This document shows, piece by piece, positions 45,120 to 55,308 of a stretch of 64,000 bases of DNA. The stretch lies in contig CAWGVN010000002.1 in the NCBI GenBank assembly GCA_963826085.1, forward strand, positions 1 to 64,000, given 5' to 3'. The stretch's first letter is position 1. Every line of letters begins with the position of its first letter. This DNA is from an uncultured delta proteobacterium (GTDB lineage Bacteria; Myxococcota_A; Polyangia; Polyangiales; Polyangiaceae). Both the position numbers and the translations under genes were made by a program. The notes below the pieces were generated by a model. That model saw nothing but the letters and a program-made list of their open reading frames with translations, made no database searches and was not told where the DNA came from.

Positions 45120-46001
45120 ATGCGGAGGTTCATCCTGATCGCGGGGTGCGCGGTGCTCTTCCGCAGCGCGCCGGCACGGGCCTGGGAATGCCCGCACAAG
45201 CCGGCGGCCGAGCTCGAGAGCCCGCAGCGGGCGAAGGCGCCCTTGAACGCGCACCTGCGCGTGCGCTTCACGATGATGCCGACGGCGGCCGACCTCGCCG
45301 AGATCACGCTGCGCCGCGTGGGCGGCAAAGCCGTGCCGTTCCGGGCGCGGGCGCTGCCGGAGCACGCGCCGGAGAAGCCCGTCGCCGGCTACCATCCTTC
45401 GGTGCTGATGGAGCTGGTGCCGCTCCAGAAGCTCCGCGCCGACTCGCACTACGAGCTCGCGTGGAAGATGAGCGAGCGGGCGCTTGCGGTCTGGCGGAAT
45501 CCGTGGCGGGGCAACGTGCTGTCCGTGGGCAAGTTCACCACCAGCAGCAGCGTCGACGACAAGCCTCCCACGCTGCCCGCGCAGCTTGCGACTGCGTTTG
45601 TCGACCGCGGCTACGTCTGGCACACCTACAAGAACGACGATCCCGGTTACGTTCCCCCGACGCGGCTCAGGGCCTGGCCCCAGGGGCTGGTCGATGTCGC
45701 GGGTGTCAGCGACGACCAGACGCCGTCCGACGAGCTCTACTATCTGGCGTGGCGCGTGGGCGAGGAGAAGACGGCGTTCCTGCTCGGGCGCCGGGAGTTC
45801 TACTCGCACGTTTTCGAGATCGGCGACGGCGAGCCGCCCTACGAGTGCCAGACGAGCTATCAGTTCCCGTTCCCGAAGAAGGAGCGGCGCTTCTCGATGG
45901 CCGTGGTGGCGATCGATCTCGCCGGCAACGTCAGCGCGCCGCGCTACTTCCTGCTCGACCGCAGCCACATCAAGCGCAAGGTGCCGAAGTCCTTCCAGTG
46001 A
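45120..46001 (+). CDS. hypothetical secreted protein
   Basis: Signal peptide MRRFILIAGCAVLFRSAPARA, 293 aa. Confidence 0.5.
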   Translation: MRRFILIAGCAVLFRSAPARAWECPHKPAAELESPQRAKAPLNAHLRVRFTMMPTAADLAEITLRRVGGKAVPFRARALPEHAPEKPVAGYHPSVLMELVPLQKLRADSHYELAWKMSERALAVWRNPWRGNVLSVGKFTTSSSVDDKPPTLPAQLATAFVDRGYVWHTYKNDDPGYVPPTRLRAWPQGLVDVAGVSDDQTPSDELYYLAWRVGEEKTAFLLGRREFYSHVFEIGDGEPPYECQTSYQFPFPKKERRFSMAVVAIDLAGNVSAPRYFLLDRSHIKRKVPKSFQ

Positions 46002-46007
46002 GCGTGC

Positions 46008-47132
46008 TCACGGCGCGCACGGATCCGGCGGCGGGGGAACCGGCGGCGCCACCGCGCCCAGCTTGACCGCGGAGCCCTTGAAACCGAGACCGATGCTGAT
46101 GGCGTTGCAGGTCTTGCCCGGATCTCCGTTGGTGCCGTCGGACATGATGTCGCTGGCGGCCCTGATCTGCTGCGCGATGCTGTCGAAGTTGAAGCCGTTG
46201 CACAGGCTGGGGTCGAACGAGCCGGCGATCCTCTTCAGCTCGCTCACGAAGGCTTCAATATCGATCACGCCCGCGATCACGCCGTTGAAGGCCGCCGCCT
46301 GCGTGCCGGCGCCCTTGAGCTGCATACTGAAGATGGCCTGGCTGATCGGCAGGTTCATCGTGTACCCCTGCACCATGAGCGGGAGCACGAACTGCGCCTC
46401 GCTGCCGGAGACCCAGACGCCGCCGCTGACGTAGCTGTTGGGGAACTTCACCTTGGGAGCGTTCAGGTTGCCGTTGTTCACCGACTCGTAGGTGACGGGC
46501 CACACGTCCGTGCCGTTGAAGAGCGCAGGCGAACCCTTGTTCGCGCCGGCGTACAGCGCTCCTGTGACGCCGTTCTGGTCCGGAGCTGTCGTGAGCTTGT
46601 CGAGCCTGAACAGCTCGGTAGACGAGCCGTCCGAGATCGCCCCGTTCGTAGTACCCGCGGGGGTCGCGGCCTCGGAAGTCATCAGCGGCATCAGGTTCGC
46701 GCCGAAGGAGTTGTCGATGCCTCCGTTGCCGTCGGTCTCGACGTCGAGCGGATTGGCGCCGGGCTGCAGCTTGCAGTGGTTCGTGTCACCCGGCTTCGAG
46801 AGCAGGCCGTCGAGGTTGTAGCCGATGGACTTCCAGGCGTTTGGATCCGGCTCTCCCTGCAGGTTGACGTTGCCGAGGAAGAAGTAGCTGATGGCGATGA
46901 CGGTCTCGGTACCGCTCGTGTTGGGCTTTGCCGAGCTGGCGAGCGGAGGTGTGATGCCCGCACCTCCCCCGGTGGAGCCGGCGTACCCGCCTCCGGTTCC
47001 GGAGCTGCCGCCAGTGCCGGGGCCGCCGCCGGTACCGGTCCCGCTCGTCACGCTGCCGCCGCACCCAATCGCCGCCGTGCCCGCGACGAGCATCGCCAGC
47101 GTTAGCGATACCCCTGCGCGAAGATAGGTCAC
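46008..47132 (-). CDS. Gly-rich hypothetical lipoprotein
   Basis: ...LTLAMLVAGTAAIGCGGS lipobox, a Gly/Thr/Ser-rich linker, then a large globular domain ending ...PPVPPPPDPCAP. The start is placed at a GTG at about 47132. Confidence 0.55.
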   Translation of the reverse strand: MTYLRAGVSLTLAMLVAGTAAIGCGGSVTSGTGTGGGPGTGGSSGTGGGYAGSTGGGAGITPPLASSAKPNTSGTETVIAISYFFLGNVNLQGEPDPNAWKSIGYNLDGLLSKPGDTNHCKLQPGANPLDVETDGNGGIDNSFGANLMPLMTSEAATPAGTTNGAISDGSSTELFRLDKLTTAPDQNGVTGALYAGANKGSPALFNGTDVWPVTYESVNNGNLNAPKVKFPNSYVSGGVWVSGSEAQFVLPLMVQGYTMNLPISQAIFSMQLKGAGTQAAAFNGVIAGVIDIEAFVSELKRIAGSFDPSLCNGFNFDSIAQQIRAASDIMSDGTNGDPGKTCNAISIGLGFKGSAVKLGAVAPPVPPPPDPCAP

Positions 47133-47166
47133 AAGCTCTATCTCTATCGGAGCGCGGCGCCGGGCG

Positions 47167-48999
47167 CTACTGGATCGTCGGCACCACAACGTCGTTGATC
47201 GGTGCGACGCCCGCGCCGGCTGGATAGGCGTAGCTCACGTACTGGGAGTAGAAGCCCTTCAATTGCGTGCCGGTCTCGGCGGAGCCCCAGCCCCAGACGG
47301 TGACGCCGAACGAGTCCTTGCTGCTGATCACGTGGCGGCCGTTGTCACAGCCGTTCTGCCCCTGGAAGTTGTGCCGCGACAGATCGATGCGCGTGTACTC
47401 GTACTTCCCGGACTTGCCGACGGGCTGCCAGCCCGTCAGATTGCCGGCGCAGTCGAGCTTCACGTCGGAGAAGCCCTTCTTGCCCTTGATGCGCACTACC
47501 ACCAGGTTGGTCTCGGGGTAGGTCGGGTCCGTGAAGAAGATGTACTTCTGCAGGTACTCGCCGGGCGGGACGATATTGACGAACTCGGCGTCGCCGCGGC
47601 CATCGCTGTTGCCCTGGGGGTCCGGGTCGTATAGCCCGGCGCCCGTCATGTGCGCCGACATGTAGAACGGATGCTTGGCGTCCTGGCTCTTGACGACGTA
47701 CGGGCCGGGCGCGTCGAACTGCGCGACCTGGCCGCGGTTCAGGGTCTTCGGTGCGCCAGTCGGCGCGGCCGGATCGTAGCTGAGCTGGGTGCCGTCGACC
47801 GCGCCGATCATGCGCCAGGGAGGCGACTCTTCCTGGCCGTCGTAGCGGTTCCGGTAGCGCACGGCGACGTATTCACTGCCCAGCGCCTTGACCGGCGGGA
47901 TCTGCTGGTGAGCGCTGTCGTCGCAACACGCCTCGACGCTGTAGGTGGTCATGCCGCTCCACAGGCCCACCGGCACGTTGGACTGGATGACGCTTCCGGC
48001 GAGGTCCGCGATCTGCGTGAGCTGCAGTACCTGTCCCTTGTCGAGGTTGTAGATGGTCTGCTGGCCCTTGGGTCCGGCTGCCACGCCGGCACCGCCCTTG
48101 ATGGCGTTCACCGGGTTGATCTTGATTGCGGTGTTGTCCTGTGCCGCGACGATCTCCGTGAAGGGCGACAAGCCCGGACCCGGGTCCGCGGCGAGGTAGT
48201 TGGTCCCCCAGGCCGAGGTCGGAAGCAATAGCGTGGCGCTGGTAAGCGCGCTCTGACCGCCGCCGTAGGGATAGATGTCGTAGCCTGTGACTGGAACGGA
48301 CGTGATGATGTGGAACGCCTTGCCGATCCCCGTGCCGTGCGTTGCACCATCGGCGTTCAACATCTTGTTCACGCCGGCAGGGCACTTGATGTTGGTCCCG
48401 GGGGTGATGAGGTTCGGCTGCTGGCTCAAGAACAGGATGGCAACCTGTCCCGCCGGAATCGCGTTGCCCTGGAGCGGCGTGTAGGTGATGGAAGGGCCGG
48501 TCCCTTTCGGGATGTACCCGAACTGCGACACGTCGTATTGCTGGCCGCCGTATTCGACGAGCACGCTTGCCGGCGCGTTCCAGGTGTTGACGACGTAGGC
48601 AGCGAAGCACCCGCCCGTCGCGCCGAACGCGATGTCCGGCTCGACCGAATAGTAGTCGCAGCCGAAGGTGCTCTTGTTCGCGACCGCGCTGTCGCATGCC
48701 TTCACGCACTTGCCGCCCGGTACGCAGCCTTGATCGCTGGGGCAGCTCTTGAGCACGTTGCCGTCGCAGTCGACGTAGTCGTGCAGATCGCTCGAGCAGT
48801 GCGGTCCCGTGCAGGTGCCGGGATTGCCGAACGCGCCGAATCCGCCGCTGCCGCCCGTAGCGCCGATCCCGCCCGATCCGCCGGACGAGGAGCCGCCGCT
48901 GCCGGTGTGCTGATCGTTGGTACCGGATGCGGAGCAGGCGCCGCCAGCGACCAGCGCCAGTGCGGCGAGCGTTCCAAGCAGTGCACGCGTCAAGGACAT
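47167..48999 (-). CDS. large hypothetical lipoprotein (Cys-rich N-terminal module plus beta-rich domains)
   Basis: MSLTRALLGTLAALALVAGGACS lipobox, GS-rich linker, a Cys-rich block (CTGPHCSSDLHDYVDCDGNVLKSCPSDQGCVPGGKCVKAC), then about 450 aa beta-rich. Confidence 0.55.
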   Translation of the reverse strand: MSLTRALLGTLAALALVAGGACSASGTNDQHTGSGGSSSGGSGGIGATGGSGGFGAFGNPGTCTGPHCSSDLHDYVDCDGNVLKSCPSDQGCVPGGKCVKACDSAVANKSTFGCDYYSVEPDIAFGATGGCFAAYVVNTWNAPASVLVEYGGQQYDVSQFGYIPKGTGPSITYTPLQGNAIPAGQVAILFLSQQPNLITPGTNIKCPAGVNKMLNADGATHGTGIGKAFHIITSVPVTGYDIYPYGGGQSALTSATLLLPTSAWGTNYLAADPGPGLSPFTEIVAAQDNTAIKINPVNAIKGGAGVAAGPKGQQTIYNLDKGQVLQLTQIADLAGSVIQSNVPVGLWSGMTTYSVEACCDDSAHQQIPPVKALGSEYVAVRYRNRYDGQEESPPWRMIGAVDGTQLSYDPAAPTGAPKTLNRGQVAQFDAPGPYVVKSQDAKHPFYMSAHMTGAGLYDPDPQGNSDGRGDAEFVNIVPPGEYLQKYIFFTDPTYPETNLVVVRIKGKKGFSDVKLDCAGNLTGWQPVGKSGKYEYTRIDLSRHNFQGQNGCDNGRHVISSKDSFGVTVWGWGSAETGTQLKGFYSQYVSYAYPAGAGVAPINDVVVPTIQ

Positions 49000-49161
49000 G
49001 GGGACCCTCCAGCGCGCTGCGGCGCGGCAGCGCGCGGAGGCATTACGCCACGGAAAACCAGCCTCGTCCACGATTATTTCGGCGGGCCGGCCGGAAGCGG
49101 CGTGTCACCGTCGCGCTGCGCGTCCAGCTGCAACGCGTCGAACGTTGGCGGCGTTGACAGC

Positions 49162-52146
49162 ATGCGCGTGCCGGGCCAGTGGCCGCGTATGCGCGCTTGG
49201 CCCATCGCTCTGACGGTCGTGCTAGCGGCCTGTGGAGGTCCGCGGGCGACGCACTTCCCGCCGGCAACACCAAAGACACCCGCGACAGCGTCCGACGCGC
49301 GTGCTCCGCAGCAGACGGCGCCGGTCGTCGATCCGCTCGCGCCTCTGCCACCCGGGGCCGTTGCTCGCTGCGGCACGGCGCGCCTGCGCTTCCTGTCGAA
49401 GCCCATGTCCGCGTCGATCGACAATCGCGGCCGGATCCTTTCGATAGAGGACGTCGACGGACAGCGCGTGCTGCGCGACGTGGTCAAGGGAACGGTCGTC
49501 AGGACGCTTCCCGATTCGGCAGTAACCCAGCTGACCCCGGATGGAACCCGGCTGGTGTCGATCCGCCCAGGCCAGCACCAGGGCCAGCTCGTGCTGGTCG
49601 TCTCGCCGGCATCCGGCAAGGAGTCGGGACGCGTCGGGCTCGAGCTGCCGCCGGAGCCGGAGCAGCGGGCGCCGGGCGTTGTCGATCGCCTGCAGATCAC
49701 CGCCGACAGTCGTCGCGCCCTGGTGATCGCCGGCACGACCTTGTTCGCCGTTGCGCTCGACACGCCGCGCATCGAATGGAAGAAGACGCTCCAGGGCGAC
49801 AGCATCGAAGCGCTGAGCGGCGACGGAACGCGAGCGCTGGTGCTTACCCGGTTCCGGAAGGAAAACCGGGGAATGCTGGGCGTCCTTGCCGCGACCAATC
49901 GAAAAGGCGTGCTCTCCCTCGTCGACGCGCAGAGCGGCCGCACGCTGCGCGCGCTCGGCACGCCCAAGGCTCCGTTCGAATACTCGGACGCGGCGCTCTC
50001 GCACGACGGGACTCGCGCGTTCATCGGCAAGGTGGATGGCCTGGATGTGATGGACGAAAAGACCGGCACGCTGCGCCCGTTCGTCCACATCGTGGCTCAC
50101 GGTCTCGGCGGGCTATCGGTGGGCCGCGGTCGGCTGCTGGTCTCCCCCGACGACAGCCGCCTGACGTACCAACAGCACGGCGTGTTCCTGATCGACGCGA
50201 AGAGCGGCCGCCTGCACAAGTTGCCGGAGAAGGCGAGCCCGCTCGCGTTCTCTCCGGACGGGCGCCTGCTGCTCTACCGCGTCGTCAGTGCGGCGCGCGT
50301 GCAGGGCAAACACTACCGCGTTCCTGCGGGGCACCGCGGGCCGGTCACCACGCTCGCCTTCACCGACGGCGGACGGCGTCTGGTCTCGGCGGCCGGCTCG
50401 GTGCGCACCTGGGATTTGCGGACTGGAGCCCCGCTCGGAGCGAGGGACCTGGACGGCGTCGACGTGCGCGTTGCCGCTTCCCCGCGCGGAGGTACGGCCA
50501 TCGCGGCGGGTGACCTGGTGCTGGCGCGCGGCGGTCGAACCCTCCGCATCGGGGCGCCCGATCGCCTGTCGCGGATCGCGTTCGCGCCCGACGGCGAGCT
50601 GTTCGTGGGAACGCTGAACGAGTTCAGCGCGTTTCGCTCGCACGCCGCAGGGGTCAGGTTGCAGCCCGGCCGCACGCTGTTCCGGCTCTCGCCCGAGGGT
50701 CGCACTCTGGCCTCCGCGAACGTCGGCGACGTGGTCGGCTTGGCCGTCGCCCCTCACGGCAAGCGCATCGCCGTCTACGCGCGGAGCTTCGCCTTCAACC
50801 GACAGCGCGGCAGCGTCGAGCTGCGCGATGCGGCGACGCTCGACCGGCTAGAGCCGCTGCCCGGGCTCGAGCGGTACAACACGGCGCTCGCGTTTGCGGG
50901 AGCAGGGCGGCTGATCGCGTCGAGCAGCGCCGAGGGCGCCGCCCTGTACGAACTGGCGTCGCACAGTATCACGCGGCGCTTTGCGCTCGGCCACTGCTGC
51001 GGGGCGTTGGCGGTGTCGCCGGACGGCAAGCTGTTGGCGCTCGGCGCCGACGCCGACGTGCAGCTCTGGGATATCGACCAGCGCGAGCTCCGTGGCGTGT
51101 TCCGTGGTCACTCCGGCGATGTCGATGCGCTGGCGTTTTCTCCGGATGGAAAGCTGCTCGCGTCGGGCAGCCGCGACACCAGCGTGTTGGTCTGGGACAC
51201 CGGCAGAGCTCCCCCTCCGCCGCATCCGCCAGCGCCGGCGATTGACGAGCCCGCCGTCCCGTCGCTCGCCGCGCTTGCGCGTGGCCGTCGCGGCGAGCGC
51301 ATCGCGATGCTGTCGCACGGCAAGCTGGCGGCTCCAGGCGAGAAGCTGCCGCGGCTGCCGGCAGGCCTGCTGGCGGTGTCGCGCGGCCCGGCCGCGAGCT
51401 GCGTCATCACCGCTGCACGCAAGGTGATGTGCTGGGGCGGCACGCTGGGCTCGAAATCGACGGCACTGCGACTTGTACCGGGCGTTTCCAATGCGCATCG
51501 CATCGCGGTCGGCCTGGCCTACGCCTGCGCCATCGACGGCGCCGGCAGGCTGAGCTGTTGGGGCTCGCTCGGCGGAGCGGTCAGCGACCAGGCGCCTGCG
51601 ACGCTTGCGCTGCCGGGGAAGGTCCGCGACATCCAGATCGGTCTCGCGCACGCGTGCGCGCTAATCGACAGCGGCCATGTGCTGTGCTGGGGCGACAACA
51701 ACGCGGGACAGCTCGGCATCGGCATTGCGCCCTACGCGCGCACTCCCACCGAGGTTGTGGGGATCTCCGACGCCGTGGCGATCGCGGTCGGCCAGCAACA
51801 CAGCTGCGCGCTCGGCCATGCGGGCAGCGTGCTGTGCTGGGGCGACAACGGCTCGGACCAGCTCGGCGACGGAACGGGGGTCGCCAGCCGTGCGCCGGTT
51901 CGTGTGCGCGGCCTGCGCCCCGCTTCTTCAATCGCTGCGGAGCAGAGCGCCACGTGCGCCGTCGTCGATGCCCGCGTCATGTGCTGGGGGCGACTGGCCG
52001 GTTTCCGCCGCAGCGAGGTGCACTTCGTCGAGCCCACCGCGGTCGACGCTCTGGGCAAGGCCTCGACGGTCCGCCTGGTGGCCGATCACGTCTGCAGCGA
52101 AGACGGCGCGGCGGTCCGATGTGCGCGCTTCCGTCGCCGGCTATAG
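49162..52146 (+). CDS. WD40/beta-propeller + RCC1-repeat lipoprotein
   Basis: Signal and lipobox (IALTVVLAACGG). The middle region has WD40-like repeats (FRGHSGDVDALAFSPDGKLLASGSRDTSVLVWD; GHRGPVTTLAFTDGGRRLVSAAGSVRTWDL). The C-terminal third has RCC1-like repeats (CWGDNNAGQLGIG; CWGDNGSDQLGDGT; HSCAL/HACAL). Confidence 0.7.
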   Translation: MRVPGQWPRMRAWPIALTVVLAACGGPRATHFPPATPKTPATASDARAPQQTAPVVDPLAPLPPGAVARCGTARLRFLSKPMSASIDNRGRILSIEDVDGQRVLRDVVKGTVVRTLPDSAVTQLTPDGTRLVSIRPGQHQGQLVLVVSPASGKESGRVGLELPPEPEQRAPGVVDRLQITADSRRALVIAGTTLFAVALDTPRIEWKKTLQGDSIEALSGDGTRALVLTRFRKENRGMLGVLAATNRKGVLSLVDAQSGRTLRALGTPKAPFEYSDAALSHDGTRAFIGKVDGLDVMDEKTGTLRPFVHIVAHGLGGLSVGRGRLLVSPDDSRLTYQQHGVFLIDAKSGRLHKLPEKASPLAFSPDGRLLLYRVVSAARVQGKHYRVPAGHRGPVTTLAFTDGGRRLVSAAGSVRTWDLRTGAPLGARDLDGVDVRVAASPRGGTAIAAGDLVLARGGRTLRIGAPDRLSRIAFAPDGELFVGTLNEFSAFRSHAAGVRLQPGRTLFRLSPEGRTLASANVGDVVGLAVAPHGKRIAVYARSFAFNRQRGSVELRDAATLDRLEPLPGLERYNTALAFAGAGRLIASSSAEGAALYELASHSITRRFALGHCCGALAVSPDGKLLALGADADVQLWDIDQRELRGVFRGHSGDVDALAFSPDGKLLASGSRDTSVLVWDTGRAPPPPHPPAPAIDEPAVPSLAALARGRRGERIAMLSHGKLAAPGEKLPRLPAGLLAVSRGPAASCVITAARKVMCWGGTLGSKSTALRLVPGVSNAHRIAVGLAYACAIDGAGRLSCWGSLGGAVSDQAPATLALPGKVRDIQIGLAHACALIDSGHVLCWGDNNAGQLGIGIAPYARTPTEVVGISDAVAIAVGQQHSCALGHAGSVLCWGDNGSDQLGDGTGVASRAPVRVRGLRPASSIAAEQSATCAVVDARVMCWGRLAGFRRSEVHFVEPTAVDALGKASTVRLVADHVCSEDGAAVRCARFRRRL

Positions 52147-52189
52147 AAGAAGTCTTGATCCCCATGGATGCCGACCTACTGTGTCATCC

Positions 52190-53467
52190 GTGGCGGACAG
52201 GGAAAGCCGGATCTCGTTCAAGTCGGTGTTCATCGCGGTGTTCCTGGGCACGGCGCTGGTGGTGGCGGCGATGTTCGTCAACAGCCGCCGCCCCGCGGTC
52301 GAGCGCGGGCAGCCGACTCCGCAGCTCGTGGAGGCCACCGGCAAGTGCGCCGAGTGCCACCGTCACGAGACGTTGGCGATCGTCCACCAGTACGAGATGA
52401 GCCGGCACGCCCGGCAGGGCGTCAACTGCCTCGACTGCCACCGCGCCGCCCCCGGTCAGAAGACCCAGGAGCACAAGGGGTTCACCATCGCCGTGAGCCT
52501 GACCGCGAAGAACTGCGCGCAATGCCACGCGGCGGAATACCGGCAGTACGAGCGCAGCCGGCACGCGGCGCCGGCGTGGGCCGCGGTCAACGGCGCGGAG
52601 GATTTCTCGAAAGGACAGCTCGCGGAGGGCGAGCGCTACCACAAGGGTTGGGTCGACCGGAAACCGAACGCGCTGGCCATGCTGGAGGGCGATGCGGCGA
52701 TGCGGCGGGGCTGCGACAGCTGTCACAGCATCGGCAAGCCCAATGCGGACGGCTCGCTCGGCACCTGCACCGACTGCCACTCGCGTCACGACGCGTCGGT
52801 GGCCACGGCCCGGCTGCCCACGACTTGCGGCCAGTGCCACATGGGGCCGGACCACTCGCAGATCGAGATCTACGACGAGTCGAAGCATGGCGTGCTGTTC
52901 AACGCCGAGCGCGCCAGCATGAACCTCGGGGCATTCCCCGACCGGCTGACCACCAAGGACATGCCCGTGCCGACCTGCGCCACCTGCCACATGAGCGGCC
53001 TGGAGGGGATGGGGGTCACTCACGACATGAGCGAGCGGCTCTCCTGGTACCTGTTCGAAGCCGTCTCCAGGAAGCGGCCGAACTATCTCCAGGGCCAGAC
53101 CAAGATGAAGGAGGTCTGCACGAAGTGCCACGCGTCGAGCGGCGTGAAGCGCTTCTACGACAACGCCGAACGGGTCGTGCAGGACACCAACGCGAAGGTC
53201 CAGAGCACGCTCGCGATCGTGGACGGCTTGAGGAAGGACGGGCTGCTCACGCCCAAGCCCTTCGACGAGCCCATCGAGTTCATGGCGTTCGACCTGTGGC
53301 ACTACTTCGGTCGCACCACCAAGCACGGCGCCTTCATGGGAGGCGCGGACTTCGTGCAGTGGCACGGCAACTACGAGCTGTTGCGACACAAGGTGCAGAT
53401 CGAAGCGGCGGCTCGGGAAATCCGCGCGCGCGCTGCGAACAAGCCGGAGCCGCATGCGACTCCCTGA
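52190..53467 (+). CDS. octaheme c-type cytochrome (eight CxxCH motifs) with N-terminal membrane anchor
   Basis: CxxCH motifs: CAECH, CLDCH, CAQCH, CDSCH, CTDCH, CGQCH, CATCH, CTKCH. N-terminal hydrophobic helix FIAVFLGTALVVAAMFV. GTG start, 52181 or 52190. Confidence 0.75.
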   Translation: MADRESRISFKSVFIAVFLGTALVVAAMFVNSRRPAVERGQPTPQLVEATGKCAECHRHETLAIVHQYEMSRHARQGVNCLDCHRAAPGQKTQEHKGFTIAVSLTAKNCAQCHAAEYRQYERSRHAAPAWAAVNGAEDFSKGQLAEGERYHKGWVDRKPNALAMLEGDAAMRRGCDSCHSIGKPNADGSLGTCTDCHSRHDASVATARLPTTCGQCHMGPDHSQIEIYDESKHGVLFNAERASMNLGAFPDRLTTKDMPVPTCATCHMSGLEGMGVTHDMSERLSWYLFEAVSRKRPNYLQGQTKMKEVCTKCHASSGVKRFYDNAERVVQDTNAKVQSTLAIVDGLRKDGLLTPKPFDEPIEFMAFDLWHYFGRTTKHGAFMGGADFVQWHGNYELLRHKVQIEAAAREIRARAANKPEPHATP

Positions 53468-54317
53468 GCGCCTGCGCGGTCTATCGCCTCACTGGCTGGT
53501 GGAGCTGTTCGCCACGAGCAACATCGCGTTCCTCGCCCTGGACATCTACCTGGCGCATCTGGAGAACAATTTCGCGCGCCATGTGGAGTGGCTGCCGGTG
53601 CTCTTCTCCTGCGTCGCACCGCTGGCGCTGGTGCCGGGGCTGTTCGGCGGGCGCTACCAGCGCGGGGCATGCCGCCGGCTCGGCTACGTCGTCGGCATCG
53701 CGGCGCTCCTGGTCGGCGTCGCCGGCATGCTGCTGCATCTCCAGAGCGCGTTCTTCGAGCTGAGGACGCTCAAGAGCCTGGTGTACACCGCGCCTTTCGT
53801 GGCGCCGCTTTCCTACGTCGGAGTGGGGCTCTTGCTGATCCTCAACCGGATGGAGCCGCGCGCGTCGCCGGACTTCGGTGTGTGGGTGCTGTTTCTGGCG
53901 ACGGGCGGTTTTGTCGGCAACCTGGCGCTGTCGCTGCTGGACCACGCGCAGAACGGCTTCTTCTCCGCGGCCGAGTGGATACCCGTGGTGGCCGCGGCAT
54001 TCGGTCTCGCCTTCTTCTCCACGGCCTTGTTCCGGCGCGGCCGGCCGTACATCAAGCTGTCACTCGGCGTTGCGGCGCTGGAAGGCGCCGCCGGTCTGCT
54101 CGGCTTCGGGCTGCACCTGGCGGCGAACCTCGGCCAATCGAACGCGCCGCTCGGGGACCGCCTCGTCTACGGCGCGCCGCTCTTCGCACCGCTGCTCTTC
54201 ACGGATCTCGCAGCGCTCGCGGCGCTCGGCCTATGGCAGATGTTGCGGACCGCCGCGACCGGTCCTCTCCGCCGCACTACGCCGGTATCGACGGCAGGCG
54301 CCGCACCAGCTCCTTGA
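53454..54317 (+). CDS. polytopic membrane protein coupled to the octaheme cytochrome
   Basis: Overlaps the cytochrome stop by 14 nt. It has 7 to 8 hydrophobic helices. No family recognized. Confidence 0.55.
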   Translation: MRLPERLRGLSPHWLVELFATSNIAFLALDIYLAHLENNFARHVEWLPVLFSCVAPLALVPGLFGGRYQRGACRRLGYVVGIAALLVGVAGMLLHLQSAFFELRTLKSLVYTAPFVAPLSYVGVGLLLILNRMEPRASPDFGVWVLFLATGGFVGNLALSLLDHAQNGFFSAAEWIPVVAAAFGLAFFSTALFRRGRPYIKLSLGVAALEGAAGLLGFGLHLAANLGQSNAPLGDRLVYGAPLFAPLLFTDLAALAALGLWQMLRTAATGPLRRTTPVSTAGAAPAP

Positions 54318-54588
54318 AGTGCTGCCACTCCGTAGCGGGCCAGATCTCGGTCTGCGCGTCGCCGTAGACGCGCACCAGCGCCGGAACCTTGATTGCAGTG
54401 TCGATGTCAGGCGCCTTGAAGATGTCGACGTAGTCGGCCGGTCCGAGCACGGCGAAGCTGCCGATCCACTCGACGCCCGGACACTCCCGCCGGATGGACT
54501 CCATGACCCGACGCTCCACATCCTCCAGGGCATGCGGAGACGGCAGAGATCCGGGAGCCAGGCGCGTCAGCATGATGAATGTGTCCAT
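54277..54588 (-). CDS. GYD-domain protein
   Basis: MDTFIMLTRLAPGSL...VEWIGSFAVLGPADYVDIFKAPDIDTAIKVPALVRVYG matches the GYD family pattern. Confidence 0.6.
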   Translation of the reverse strand: MDTFIMLTRLAPGSLPSPHALEDVERRVMESIRRECPGVEWIGSFAVLGPADYVDIFKAPDIDTAIKVPALVRVYGDAQTEIWPATEWQHFKELVRRLPSIPA

Positions 54589-54701
54589 CGCGGTTCCTCC
54601 TCCCCGTGCACTGGTCATGCACGCGGCGTGCCGGTCGACGGCGTCCGGTGCGGAGCGACGTGGAAAATTGCCACGCCGCGCGGCGGTGTTATCCATGGCG
54701 T

Positions 54702-55205
54702 ATGTCCATTCGGATCGGGATAGCCTTCGGTGCGGCGTGCCTGGCCGCTGCGCCGGGTGTCCGGGCAGCCGGATCGACCACCGATGCGAACCGGACGTCG
54801 CCCACGCGTGTCGAGCTGCGCGTTCCGGTCGAAAGCCGCGCCGATGCCCCCAGCAGCACTCCGGATTGGCCGGCCGTGGGTGGCGGCTTGACGTTGTTCG
54901 GGCTCGGTTACGGGGTCGCGCTGTACGTCGGCGCGCGGCAGGGCTTCCAGGGTGGCGGCGCCTGGCTCGGCGCGCCGGTGGTCGGACCGTGGGCGGCTCT
55001 CGCCGCCCACGTCGATAGCAACGAATGGGGCATCGCCGGCGATGGCGTGCTGCAGCTCGGCGGAGCGCTCATCGCGAGCGCCGGCTTCCTCTATCCGAAG
55101 CGCACGCTGGGGCCGGCGCAGGCGCGCATCGCTCCGTACCTGACCACATCGACGCAGGCGGACCGTCCTGGCGGCTGGTCACTCGGCGTGCGCGGCACGT
55201 TCTAG
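54702..55205 (+). CDS. hypothetical secreted Gly-rich protein
   Basis: MSIRIGIAFGAACLAAAPGVRAAG signal peptide, 167 aa. Confidence 0.4.
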   Translation: MSIRIGIAFGAACLAAAPGVRAAGSTTDANRTSPTRVELRVPVESRADAPSSTPDWPAVGGGLTLFGLGYGVALYVGARQGFQGGGAWLGAPVVGPWAALAAHVDSNEWGIAGDGVLQLGGALIASAGFLYPKRTLGPAQARIAPYLTTSTQADRPGGWSLGVRGTF

Positions 55206-55308
55206 CCCGGCAGGGTTCATGACGGTCGTCATCCCCGCGCTGGCCGACGCGACGCGGCCGTCCTAGGGTGGCTCTTGTTGCGGGTAGGCAGGGCCTCGAC
55301 CCGCCCCG

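Noticed and set aside
42288-45968. 1226-aa minus-strand ORF
   Set aside because: It overlaps three well-formed plus-strand lipoprotein genes and a minus-strand gene in another frame. Its translation is R/A/G-rich without domains, so it is a GC-content artefact.
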